Made by a program: the position numbers and the translations under genes. Below, piece after piece: positions 11,471 through 24,099 of a stretch of 64,000 nt of DNA (position 1 is its first letter; every line of letters starts with the position of its first letter). The stretch covers positions 613,252 to 677,251 of the forward strand of contig NMRA01000010.1 in assembly GCA_002633005.1 (NCBI GenBank). Direction: 5' to 3'. The notes under the pieces are model-generated. The model did not search any database. It worked only from the letters and a program-made list of their open reading frames with translations, and was not told the origin of the DNA. Source of the DNA: Phoronis australis (lineage: Eukaryota > Animalia > Phoronida).

Positions 11471-14400
11471 ATGACTGTTGTGCGACTGCAAAACATGATA
11501 CAGTTTCCAAAACATAACTGATTGTTCCTGTGTCATTTCCCAGCATCCCCTGGAGCTTTTTTCAAAATCTCTCCTCCATGTTTTGGTTAAAAAAATGTTA
11601 GCTGACTGACCTTTGAGTGATTGACAAATGTTCGAAGTCCAAAACCTGCCAGCTTCCTTACATGAATTATTTAAGGGAAGTAATCGTATAATAAGACAAT
11701 TATTGACTTTCACACTCGGTCAATAAGAAAATCAGTAAACCAGAAAATATATGAAAGCTGGTAAAACACCAAGCTGATGTCGCACAACAAAATTAATCCA
11801 TTTTCAAAAGAATTTCAACAATTAATTCAATTGCAGGTGACTTTTCGGTAAGTTACTCACGTAAATTTCGAATTTTTGTCAGAGGTGCCTCGGAAAACAT
11901 TTGAAGATTAGTACTAGACAAAACATGTAAATTAAAACTCACGACTCCCTTAATTTATAGAAAGACCTGTTGCACCAACAGAATTAAAATCCCAGCAAGT
12001 AGGTGAATTTAACACCAGAAAATTGACTTTGATGTGTTGTGAAAACTGAGCTTCAGAGTCACTGGAGTAATAAGAAAGTGTTTGTGACAAAAACAGCATG
12101 TGGCATTGTTAAGTAGTTGAGTTGGTGTTTTATTAAAAAATTCAACATTTTACCACTTTTAGCACTTAATTTCATTACTATTTGAACGTAAACACGATTC
12201 TTCATTGTTAAAAAATCACAAACTTTCAAAGTACTTTGATGAACCAAGCATCAGCAGCTGATATCTTCAGTGTCCGTCAATTACTGAGACAAGTAGGAAT
12301 GGTTCGGCTAACTTCCAGTAATTGCATCAAATCTTGTCTTGTACTAGAAAAACTTAAAGATATCTCAAACCTTATTCACAAAACTTGGTCGGTGTTACAA
12401 TATTTCACACATATCTAGCAAAATACCTTATATTTATTTTCAGAGAACTTCAAATATGAAATATAAACCGTGTAGCGAAAAAAGATTCAGCAGAACCACC
12501 TTGGAACCACACGATCACGTGGAAATTTGTTTACTACTCATCCAAAGTCAAAGGTTACAGGGCTGTCACTCAAACTGAATCTCCCACCAGGCACAGAGCA
12601 GCTACGAATCGCATGTACCTTCAGTTTTTTCATTCACTGAATATCCATAAACAAATAATGAGTCAACGAGGTGTACATGTAAAAGAAAGATGCCGGGGAA
12701 AAACAAGACAAAACGTAGTTTTGACCCTCTGGTAGTTGTACATCTGAACGCATACAACCGTTGAAAACAAATGCTCCGAGTTACCGCACGCCTCTGTGAC
12801 TTTTTGTTCACGGACACCCAAATTCATTAATTTGATACGTAATTTGATATTTCCTACTTCTATCTCAAGTTCACGATGCGATTTAACCACTGACTTGATT
12901 TCTGCTGTCCATTTCATAACTGGTTTTGTATCAGTTTGCCAGCACATGGTGGGTATAACAATGAACTGATGATCTACTTTTAATTAGGTCAACAGTTGAT
13001 CCCGCCTACTGGACCAGAGACCGTCACAAAATTAACGTTTTAGCAACAACGAAGTTAATTGTGGCATTGCAAATTCAATTGACATAGCGAGTGAACGTTG
13101 AAACAGTGAACATAGTTACGGCATGATAGTATAAGTTAAACTGAACGAAAACAAGTTTTCACCGAACAATTAAGCTTGAGATTTTCATGTCTCACAACTT
13201 AATTGGATTTTTCTCAGCTTCGGCAAATCGACATAATTTGAACTTAGGAACACGACTTCTCGGAAACGGCTCAGTGGATTTCGCAGAAACTTTCCATGCT
13301 TGATATTTATTCATCAGTCACAGAAACAGTGTTATAATACATACTTGTACTAGATGACAAAGAACGGTTAGAATGGAGGGCATTAAAGAAGGCTCGAGAT
13401 GACTTTCAGTCAGAAAGGGAATATACAGAGTAAACACATTTATTAATACAGCTTCCCAGTAAATATATATCCAATTAACTTTGATACAAGTCAGCTTAAT
13501 AAGGCCTAATGTGAGGAGTGGCAATAAATGGGATTTACTATCAGTGGAAGTCCTCTGCTGCATTAAGTTGGACAATTGTGATTTAATTAGTACCGCATGG
13601 TCTGTGACAATGGATTAGTGTGTCCCAGAGGGGGCAGTGCACTGCAGCGGTAATCAGTTTAGGCTCACGTCACTTAAGGATTAATTGAATCGATAAGCCA
13701 CACCAGGGATTCATTCTTATACACATCACCATGAGAGTGTGTGAGAGTGAGTGAGTGAGTTTGGACAAACTTGTGAGAACAGTGATTGAAAACCTTTGTT
13801 GCTTGAAGCCCACACAGCAGTAATTAGGAGAAGATATATGGTAATTCTCCACAAAAATAATTACTAAAACTGTCATTTTTCTATTTCCAAAGGCTGATTA
13901 CATCACTGCAAACAACGGAAATTTAACCAAAAGTTGCATTATGGCATATACATGAAGTATGCTCGTGGTGGACTTAAATTTTATTAATCTTTATTTTTGT
14001 GGAGAAATTTGACTAGAGTTTCACTTGTCGGCAACAGTGTGTGCTAAATAAGTGAAAAATTGGCATATGCATCAATTTCATCTTGTCACAAAATTAGACA
14101 GGTCTCTTCGTCCATAATAGAAGACAGAACCCTTGCAAGAGAGGTTTTCATAAAAATAACTTTTATTTCATGAACAAATCCAAAGTTGCATAAAAGAAAA
14201 ACGAAATGATAATTTGTAAAAGTAGTGTTTTGAGACTTCATCTTGAAGATTTATATAAAACGAAATTAGGTCATTTTATTGATATTGCTGTTTAACTATG
14301 AATGCACCTTTTTTGTTAAATTTTACTCAAGACACAGCCACACGACCCAGTCAATGGCAGGCTGGTATAAAGTCAGGCTTTCTACTACTACAAAATGTAT

Positions 14401-16081
14401 ACTTTAACTGAATAATATTTCATAATTTTGTACATATTTGGGTGTGTTCATAAGTGTGGAGCTATGTTCATGAGTGCACCAGCCGTGTTGTTCTGGTAGA
14501 CAGCATACTCCCTTGGCAACTGGAACTAAACTGCAGACAACCAATGACGACCAATCAGTTCGTCTCATGGTTAAAAATCATTTCTAATCTGACCAAAGAC
14601 CAACATCTAAATGACTTTATATTGACTGAAAGAGGCCTAAATTAATTTTTTAACCAAAAGTTTTGTTATTCGACAGATGGCGCCCGTTTACTGGTCCTTT
14701 AAATTCCCCAAGTATCAGTCCAAAACAAAACTCAGGGGATAACAAATTTAACAAATAAAAATAAATAAATAAAAATACAAAATTCTTTAAAAACATCATA
14801 CAACAATGACAACAAGTTCAAATAGTGTCAATGATGCTGTGAGATGACACAACATTCCAAGTTCTGATGCCTGACTGATGCCTGGCAATAGCTGCCACCT
14901 ATTGACCAGCAGGAACATTACATTTTGTGCAGAGTGGTTTTTTCTCCTCAGAGAGGTAAGAGTTGTTTTAGTTTGTGCACTTGAACCTTCACATAAGCCG
15001 GATAAGTTGATAAAATCGATCAGTCCGGTTGGATTTGACTGATGCAAGTTTTATTGTATGGGTAACTTGAAGACAACTAAAACTGTTCGTGAAGAAAACA
15101 CATACAGACAATATACTCCACACTGCTGTTATCAAATTAGGTTTTGTTTACAAATGGGGTATTGCCAAACAGGAAATAGACCTAATTTACACGGCAGACA
15201 TTAAAATCCAAAGCGAGGCTCACTGCGATAAACAATGCGGAAGTTAAATGCGTGAATTAAATGGCCGGTCTTTCGAGTCCAACCTGGATATTAAATCTTA
15301 AAAATGTGTCGATAATTAACCGCAGAGACGCAGAAAAATACATTAGAGAACAAGTCAATGCACCAAAGAGTTGTCTGACAACAGGGTATAAGGTTTTTTC
15401 AGAAAACTAGGTTCGAAACATGAAAAGTAATTATGACCAAACTGCGGCAATCGTAGTGTTACGGATTAGGTATTATGCTGGATAAACGGTTACGTTTTTT
15501 CTTGTAAATTGTCGATAAAAATGCTTTCTACACGAACCAGGTCATCTTCTTGTATTGTTGGCGAGCTGAAGATATATTCGACAGTGGTGGCTCATCTGGT
15601 TTAACTTGTTGATCAAGAATATTTATATCAAGCATAGCCTAGCCCGCCCTGTGATCCTGGTGAGGTAAGGACTACCGGGACTAACAGTTGATTTGTCATT
15701 GATCTGGAAGTCTAGAATAACTGAAGTTATTAAATATATTTTTATTAAAAAACAGGCTCGTAATTGAAAATAAAATTATTTGACCATTTTTTAAATTAAA
15801 AAAAATAAAAATTGGAGCACAGCCCCAGAAATCGCTTTCACATTATATCCAGGTTCTCATTCACTCCCTTGCACACACTCACGAGTAATTATTTTACCAT
15901 CAATTCTGCTTTCTTGGTTTTAACAATTCTTACGTCTATTTCATGTGTTAGGTTTCAATTCAATCTGGACCAAGTTGAATTTTAAAATTAAAACACCAAA
16001 TTCGATCGTCCAAAGCATAACCTCATTTTAGAGCTCAATTTCAGTTAACTGGACAGAGCAAGCATAGTAATCATATTTCTT

Positions 16082-16401
16082 CAGGGGCCTCGTTCATCGG
16101 AGGGGAAAGGTGCCCGTGCATTCTGAGAGGGAAATAATTTCGCCGAGTGAGGGGGAAAATCTACCTCCCGATCATCATCAATAGCACCCCCGTCCTGTTG
16201 CAAGCTCTCATAGGCCGTGTCTCAATGTGCTCTTTCAAATTGTCACCTGTGTGTCGGTTACAGGTGATTTGAAATTCGGAGAGAACTTCACATTAGGGGA
16301 ATTTTTAGGCTTCATGGGGGGAATTTCGAGGGACTTTTCAATATTTTTGAGAGGGGAATAGGACCGATATTCGGCCTAAAATAGAAGGATTGAGGGCCCT
16401 G
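16082..16401 (-). mobile_element. About 320-bp MITE, inverted copy 2 of the 6784-7118 family
   Basis: CAGGGGCCTC...GAGGGCCCTG termini; shared blocks such as TTCTGAGA, TGTTGCAAG, TTCAATA, TTCGGCC, GGATTGAGGGCCC. Confidence 0.75.
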
Positions 16402-18096
16402 TCCGTTTGGAAAGAAAAATGCATCATGTTTCAACCCTTAGTGACTGCCACGAAAACACAGCCTGGCTGGCGGAAGATTCTCCGGTCCGATGCTTGGCAA
16501 CCGAGATGCGACAAAATATGACCCGACTTTTCGAAAACAAAAAAATTTTACACGGACATATTTTCCTTAGTCGCGGCATATGGCAACGACCCAACGCTTC
16601 CGAATCTCAACGTCCGGCGTGAATTAGGTCTATACGTAATTTTGAATTTACTAAACAAAGATTTCTCTGTTTTCGTAAGTGGAAAAACAGGTTCTCTACA
16701 AGTAAAAGTATTGGTAGCGTGAAAATCTAACAAACTCTTGATCGAGCAGTGTTACTTTCACTTTTTAAATTACTTTTGAGCAAGTAAAAGTGAAAGTAAA
16801 TTGTAAAGAAAAATAAGTTCTATAATGACTGTATGTTAGTGACATGTACACTTTTCTGCACTATTTGCACTATTTGCACTATCTTTTTTACTAAGCAAGA
16901 ACAAGAACATTGATACAGCACAACTATACGTGTTTAGCAAGATGTCATTGAACACTATCACTTATAGAGGTGGAGCAAACAGCACCTGATTGTCTTGTTC
17001 AATGACAACGCCACGCTTCATTGAACCCAAAACAATGTCAAGGCACAAGTGTACTACGAATGATCATCACCGACTATGGTATTGTGATCAGACAGAGTGG
17101 ATACTGCAGCAGTCAAGCATGGTCACATCTTTTTGAACGTGTAAGGCAGTGTAGAATTATTTACTCTACGCAAGCCGAAGTTTTCAGCTCAACTGGTGTT
17201 CTACAAAGGCATCAATTGGGAAAATTCTTTTGTTTTACTTCCTGTGTTTTGTACAACTTGCCTCTCATCTTGCCACCAATTTTAGGGAAAGCAAATGCTT
17301 TAATGTTATCTTTCGTAAACAGGGAAAAAAAGAGGAAAATTTCCCAGGTGATGTATTGTTCCACAAATAAATAGGCTTGTGTGATAGAAATGTTTTTTGT
17401 GTTATAAAATTTAAGTGAAATAAATGTTTTTGAATGAATAGACCCAAGATACTGATAAGAGACGAAAAAAGTGGAAACCGGAAATCAAATAAGAGGAAAC
17501 CAGACACCAAAAAAGAGGAAATCCTTTTAAATGAGGAAAATTCCAAGACCTTAGTAATATACAGATCCTTGGCTGTCTCACAAAGACATTTTCAGTCTCA
17601 ATTACAGTAGTCCTGGTTTGTATTTACTACCCATACAGCAACAGGATGTGATGTAAATGGCCCAACAAAAAGCCTGCATCTTGCTTCTGTGTTCACTTCC
17701 ATTAAGCAAACACAATGTCCGACTCACAACTGAACGCAGTCTGTGTCGGTCATTCGAGTTTCCTGAACGGACATGAATGCAGAACCAAGATGCACTTCTT
17801 TTGCTGGGCCGTTCACAGTCACTTTCTAAACACACGCCAAGGGAAAAAATAATTAACTCCAAAAACATCTTTCCAAGAAAACAAGAATCTGTAATTTCCA
17901 GCAAATGTAACACCAAAAAGGGTTGTTTTCCTCTATAAGAGTAAGCCTAGTAAATGGTCACCAACTTCATAAACTTGTGAAGAGTCAGACTGTAGTGACC
18001 TATATCCCATCAACTGTTGACAATCTAAAATCAAGCATGTAAACATGAGGTGCATGTTTGGCTGCAAACAGTTAAACATGTGAGAGGATATCATAC

Positions 18097-18192
18097 CTTG
18101 TCGAAGCACCAACGCCCATTCATTGAACAGAGGGCCACAGCAGCACTTTTAGGGTCTGAGAACTCAACAAAGCAGTAGGGATCACAGCCGGG
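18097..18192 (-). CDS. TIAL1: TIA-1/TIAR-like coding exon 3 (RRM1 RNP1)
   Basis: TTTTTCAG acceptor, PGCDPYCFVEFSDPKSAAVALCSMNGRWCFDK, donor GTATGA; phase 0-0. Confidence 0.93.
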
Positions 18193-21100
18193 CTGAAAAA
18201 GATGTGTGTTCGACTCTTTAAAATCATAGGTCTGGGGATAACAGTAGGCGTACACCTCTAAAACTTTCTAAAAAGGTCAGCACCTGTAACTTTCTAAAAA
18301 GTTCAGCATCTGTATCAAGAGGAAAGTGCACATTATCAGAGTTACTCTTTCGAGTGCGAGGGTTTTGCCAAAAAAGTATGTGCGACAAAACAAAAAATAT
18401 CATGTTACATCTGACGTATGTCCATGTGTGCTCAACCAGGATCCTTCCTAGAAAATAAAGTGCCACTTTAACATTGGTAACAGGGTACGAGTTAAAACAG
18501 GCTGTTCTTACAAGAAACAAAACAGTTGCTAAGTCGTTCCCTAAAAATGTTTATGAACTAACAGAACAAGCTAACCATGTAGACGAGGGGTTCCAGTAAT
18601 GATACATGTGATTCATTTTCCAGCTGCACTACAGATCAACTGATTGTGAAACTGATAATTAACATGTGTCTTAAGCTGGCATCAGACAATTGCACGTTTA
18701 AGCTGCATTCAACAGAGGGCGCCGGAGCAAGAGTGCATACACAAAACTGCTAGAGAATGTACAGTTCTGTTATGCCTCATCTACGAGGGTTCACTTCTCC
18801 CACCAGAAATTGCCCAAATTGAAACAACTACAGCATACAAGAGAAGGAAGGGAGTCCTATAAAGCTGTTGCCTAGTTCCACCATAATGTAATGTGTACAG
18901 GTGTTATTGATTCACCTGACCCTACAACAGTAACTTATGATTTGAACTACTTACCATCAAAAAAAAACTGGGTGGAGTTCATCAACGCTAGGATCTTGCT
19001 AAAAACTAGCCAAAATCATATGTTCTCATTTGAAATACATGGCAATATCTCACATAATCTCGCAAAGTCTTGCTTTTTGAGTGAGGTCCTAGCATTACTG
19101 AACTCTACTCTGGTCTCCTCTTTGTTCTTTAATAAGTTAGAGTCGATTTCTGGGGCTCAACAATAACTGAGAGTTTCTTATTGCCTGACACCATGCTCAA
19201 TAATTTACCTCGTCACGAGGGGTTATTTCATGGTCTCTAGCAATAAAAAACTGTCCAAAAATCACCCCGCCTCGTAAAAGTAAGGAATGGGATAAAGTGC
19301 TTAAAATCACTAATTTTGTATTAAAAACACCAAAACTGAGAACACCCGCAAACATTACTTGACGACATGTTAATTACCTAATCTCAAGATGCAAACAATC
19401 GTTGCTCGATACATACTGCATAAAATCGGACAGCCAATCACAGCACTAGTAATCCTTCACTGCATTCACTGTGAATATTCGTCAAATATTGCTGCTCGTT
19501 ATCCCATGGTTTATGGTATAGCAAGGAAATGCGAAGCATTGCATATGTGGTGGTTGTGACAGCTTAGTATTTCACCACGCTGTGGCTCTTTTCACTTTTT
19601 TTGGGACATCAGAGAAGCACGGATTTGACACAAGTTAGTACAAGAAACTTGAGTGTTCATACGTTACACTCATGTCCGTGGAGCTAAGAAACTTTTAATA
19701 GAATTCGTTTTTTTATTGCTTTCTCGTTTTTGGACAGTGAATTCATGACTGTGATAAGTAATGCTATAAAAGGAGATGAAATGTAAGTCACTTGAAAACG
19801 AGGTAAATGGTGGTTATAAGCACTGTAAAACCAGTTTTACGAACACAAGTGGTCTACATGAAAAGTTTTAACTTTGATTAATTTTTTTAATGGAAGATGG
19901 GTTTATAGCAGCTTTGATGAAAAATTATACCCTGACAGCTACTGGTAACGGTAAAGGAAGGCAATGACTTAACTGATGACACCATAGTTAATTCACAGCC
20001 ACAAACGAACTTAACAGCTGGCACAACCAAACAGGCAGTCCATAGGTTTGTGATCTTGATTCCACTTACCTCATGGATAAGTTTACATGTTTCAACCTTT
20101 CCGAACTGACCAAATAAATAGGCAATGAAATCTTCTGTTACAGATGGGTCAAGGCTGCCAACGTACCTGGAACAACAATTGTGGAAATGCTTGAGAATAA
20201 GACGGGGAGACATTGGTCGTTCAAACACTAAGACTGATACGTAAGGTAAAATCTAAATCTAATGGCTTTCGGATTTCATTTTTTTCAGTTCCATCTACTG
20301 AGTAGGCGAGGATCTTTAACATTATAACGACGTTGGAGCATAGTGCACTGTAAACTTAATGCCACTAGCATGCTGTCATGTGTTGCTCTTTTCCTGTCTG
20401 AAAAACGTGCAACGTTTGTCAATAAATAAAATTTCTTGCATATATTGAATTTCGTGGTATATTCAAGCATAAGAGCAGCCAGATAGATATTCTGAATAAC
20501 ACAAGCAACAAGTTTCAACATTTTTGTCACTAGGTTCCCATTTGAGGAGACAGTGTGGCCTAGTGCGATAGGTTCCCACTTTCTGTGCTTAAGGTCATGG
20601 GTTCGAGTCCCACTGGGCGACACTGCTAAACCCTTGAGTCAGGTTTCAAGTTCCTCAGCTTGGTTTTATGTATATATTAATAAAGCACAAAAATGGTTCT
20701 AGGTGGTCATTGCAATGGACCTAAAGTGCGACCTGGGCACATCTGGTACAAAGTGTACCAGACGACTGCTTGCAATTATTTTTTTGTTCCCATTTGCTGT
20801 CAGTCGCACTGACGGTACTTCTCGTGCACTCTGTAAGTACATGTCACTGTTGTGAGGTCATAACAACACTCGAGCAGTAAAGGTGCTTCAACCATGTTGT
20901 TGAAGACTGGATTTGTTCACACTTGTAAAGCGTTTCAATGTGTTCTTTTGAATCTAGCACTTCTAAGAAAAACAAACAATACCAAAGCCATATCGGACAA
21001 TAACTTTAATTACTAAACGTTCCAATGCCCACCGACACTTGATTGACAACACAGCCATGTGTGTATCTCAGTGTACATCAGTGTATATTAGTGTACATCA

Positions 21101-24099
21101 CTGTATATCAGTGTACATCACTGTATATCAGTGTACATCAGTGTATATTAGTGTACATCACTGTATATCAGTGTACATCAGTGTTGCACTGTATATCTTT
21201 AAAAACAGCACATGAAGAGCATGACATACAGCCTTGAGATCAACATGTCAAGTGTTTATCTCACGTTGCACACTATTTTGATAACAGCGAGATACAATGG
21301 TTGAGAGCAGCTTGAATGCTACGCTGGACAGCGAAAATACACTTAACAATGGTACAGAAATGGACTTAATATAAATGCTCAGATTTTACCCAAAACGCAG
21401 ACTAATTACTGCACGGTAACGAGTTCCATAAATACAGAAAGGTTGGCACCTTTTTTGTGTTGCATCTTCTTTCTGAAGTCAGCATAGTTGACAACATTCC
21501 AAACTGAAAAAGCAGGATACCTTAATCTAGGTAAGCCTACGACAAGATGTCTGCAGCAACACTCAGAGACATCATGCTGCTTTTTACTTCAGTTTGCAAC
21601 TGGGAAATAGAAGTTATAGTGCAATGAAAAATATACAAAAATATGCAGCCACGGAATGACACAATGGCGTGTCATATATATATTGTCGTGTATGTCAAAA
21701 TGCGGGACATTGTGATTTTGTGGTAGTACGCAGCTTTAAAAAGTAGGACAGTCCCACCACAAAAAAAGACAGTTGACAACTTCGTTTCAGTGCCAAGCAG
21801 ATCAATCTTCATCTAGTTTTTTTGACGGACTGATCTCGCTTACCGAGTCGGCAAGTAATAAGCTTACATAAAAAAGTATACGAGATAATACATGCTATAA
21901 AAAAATATTGGGTAGTGATTGATTAAATCAAAGGCATTTTGCCGCTTAGTTCGTGCTAAATTGTTTTTTTTTCTACATCCACAAAAGAATGAATCCAGGA
22001 TGTACGAGTTATGAATTTTAATATTTATTCAATAAATTTCATCAATGAGAATGTGTGGTAGTAGGGAACATCAGACAAATAACTTTAAAGTATTGTGTGG
22101 TGCTAGTTCTCAGACAATCCCATACAGGTGTAGGAAACACGTAGCCCCTCGGTTGGCCATTTAGGGGCTACAATACTTCCCATAGCTTTCTGTACGAATT
22201 TCGTCCCATATATTTTAAACGGGCAATAGGCCAAATCTGGCCACCGATTTAGAGTTTTCACCTCGTCAAAAATACATTCCACACCTAAACTATCACTTAA
22301 GAAAGAGCTCACTTTCTTAAGTGGTCCTTTCTACTTCTACACGTCTTCGATGAAGCTTAGTTATGAGAATTAAGGCGACTTTGGCGAAGGATTCCAACTC
22401 CACTTTTTTGGTTATCGTTAACTTTTTCACCACGCGCACATTAACCACAAAGTATTTCAACTGAGTCACGTGAGTTAGGCAAAGGCTAGCGCAAGACTAG
22501 CGCGTGACGTCACGTGACACTTGCAAAATAGCATGGGAAGGTATCAGGTGAAATTTGTAAGATTTGTGTCCCTTGGACGTTTTATGTCAACATGCGTGAC
22601 TTCAGGTAACTTCCCCAAAATGGCTCCCGGTAAGAGAAACTCGCCGCGAACCGCGACAGATTTTCATCGATTTGTTCAAATTATCTTGTCTGAATCGTCT
22701 CCAGACTTATGGTATGTGTTGATTATAACTCCATGTGCATATATGCATGTTTCATGTGATTTTGCTTCCTGTGTTTTGAAATTCGTAGCATTTGTGGGGA
22801 CGTACTATCGCCCCTGTATGCCTGCGGCATCCAGGTGGTGCCAATGTGGAATTGCTCATAGTGTTTTACCCACACATGGAACTTTGATCAAGTTCTAAGG
22901 GATGTGTTGTAGATGTGCTTCCGGTGAATTATATGAGCCTCTGTTAGCTACTCGCTAATGGGCAATTGCCCATTAGCTGAATGGTTAGCACGCTTGCCAG
23001 TTTTATGGGGGTCGCGGGCTCGATTCCCGAGTCGGGTGATCTCGGCTATTACTACAAATGGCGTAGTTGGCAAACGGATGATCTACCGATGAAGCACTGC
23101 CAACTAGTACCCACGGATCTCGGGACGGCGCGTGTGGAAGGTTCCAGTAGTCAAGGACCTGTATGAGAGACTACCTTGTGTTCACCTGTGTTGTGGTGGT
23201 AAAGGTACCAAGGGACGTTGATGACCTGTATGCGAGACATCCTGGTGTTCACCTTCCTGGTGGCGTGCCTGTTCCGTAGGGAAGGGGGGAATGTTGTAGA
23301 TGTGCTTCCGGTGAATTATATGAGCCTCTGTTAGCTACTCGCTAACTCGCTAACAGGCAATTGCCTATTAGCTGAATGGTTAGCACGCTTGCCGGTTTTA
23401 TGGGGGTCGCGGGTTCGATCCCCGGGTCGGGTAATCTCGGCTATTACTACGGATGCAAACAAAGAGCTGTTTGGATACTTTATTTAATTACACTTTAAAC
23501 TATACCTGGGATACCACTCAAGACAAGTCAACCAACTTCTGATTGACATAAGTAGCAGCTACAAAATTCGTCTCGGCCTCTAGACAAGTTGTTTCTCATC
23601 TTGGAAAACTTTCTTTACAAGCCTAGAAATCGCATTTAATTTGAGTGCGAGAATAATTTGAGATAATGTCAAGCGGTCTCAATCAAAGGCTGTTTTGTGA
23701 TGGAAGGCAGCTTAAAATCAAATCCCAACAAATAGAAGGCAACATGAACAAGAGTGCTTTCCTTGTCTGCCGATGGGGACTAGCATTTGACAATGTTCCT
23801 GATACAGAAAAAAGCTTGGTTTATACGGATACACGGCTTTTCCAGGTTCAATTCCCTTATGAGGGTTTGATTTGACTAGAAAATTAGTGCAGCATTAACG
23901 ATGTAAAACAACATTTGGTCATTTCTAGCATGTGATTGTGGACGTTTTGTCGAGCATGTTGTCGAGTGTTGTGATGTGTCAACCGGCTACAAAAGTACAA
24001 GATGTTGGCTTACGGTCACCGTATTTATTCTGAAAGTACTCACAGTGTGCGACCTTTGACCTCATCATCGCCGTGTTCTCCGTGATTGTGTTGAAACAT
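18097..24099 (-). CDS. TIAL1: TIA-1/TIAR (nucleolysin, Rox8-like) RRM protein, 5' part; exons 24044-24099, 20070-20166, 18097-18192; gene continues beyond the left edge
   Basis: Spliced translation MFQHNHGEHGDDEVKGRTL|YVGSLDPSVTEDFIAYLFGQFGKVETCKLIHE|PGCDPYCFVEFSDPKSAAVALCSMNGRWCFDK matches TIA-1/TIAR RRM1 (TLYVGxL RNP2, DPYCFVEF RNP1). All junctions are GT-AG with compatible phases. The symbol is family-level (TIA1/TIAL1 co-ortholog). Confidence 0.9.
20070..20166 (-). CDS. TIAL1: TIA-1/TIAR-like coding exon 2 (RRM1 RNP2)
   Basis: CAG acceptor, YVGSLDPSVTEDFIAYLFGQFGKVETCKLIHE, donor GTAAGT; 97 nt. Confidence 0.93.
20548..20660 (+). mobile_element. Degenerate tRNA-derived SINE head
   Basis: A-box-like TGGCCTAGTGCG and B-box GGTTCGAGTCC followed by CCCTTGAG; no intact cloverleaf. 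Confidence 0.65.
21060..21197. repeat. 10-bp minisatellite CA(G/C)TGTA(C/T)AT
   Basis: About 13 consecutive units. Confidence 0.95.
22905..23451 (+). mobile_element. Complete TRIM (miniature non-autonomous LTR retrotransposon) with tRNA-like Pol III sequence inside both LTRs
   Basis: LTRs at 22905-23056 and 23292-23451 (TGTTGTAG...CTACTA[C]A/G-like ends); PBS TGGCGTAGTTGGCA at 23059-23072; PPT AGGGAAGGGGGGAA at 23278-23291; TSD GATG at 22901-22904 and 23452-23455. Confidence 0.93.
24044..24099 (-). CDS. TIAL1: TIA-1/TIAR-like coding exon 1
   Basis: ATG at 24099, MFQHNHGEHGDDEVKGRT(L), donor GTGAGT, phase 2 matching the next exon. Confidence 0.8.

Noticed and set aside
13460-13500. Minus-strand peptide IKVNW resembling the missing TIA exon 4 (EIKVNWAT)
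   Set aside because: No suitably placed AG acceptor, and it continues IYIYW rather than AT; likely chance.
22966-23040. tRNA gene call for the LTR-internal tRNA-like sequence (and for 20548-20620)
   Set aside because: The anticodon arm does not pair properly and the sequences are embedded in mobile elements; only the A/B boxes and D/T arms survive.
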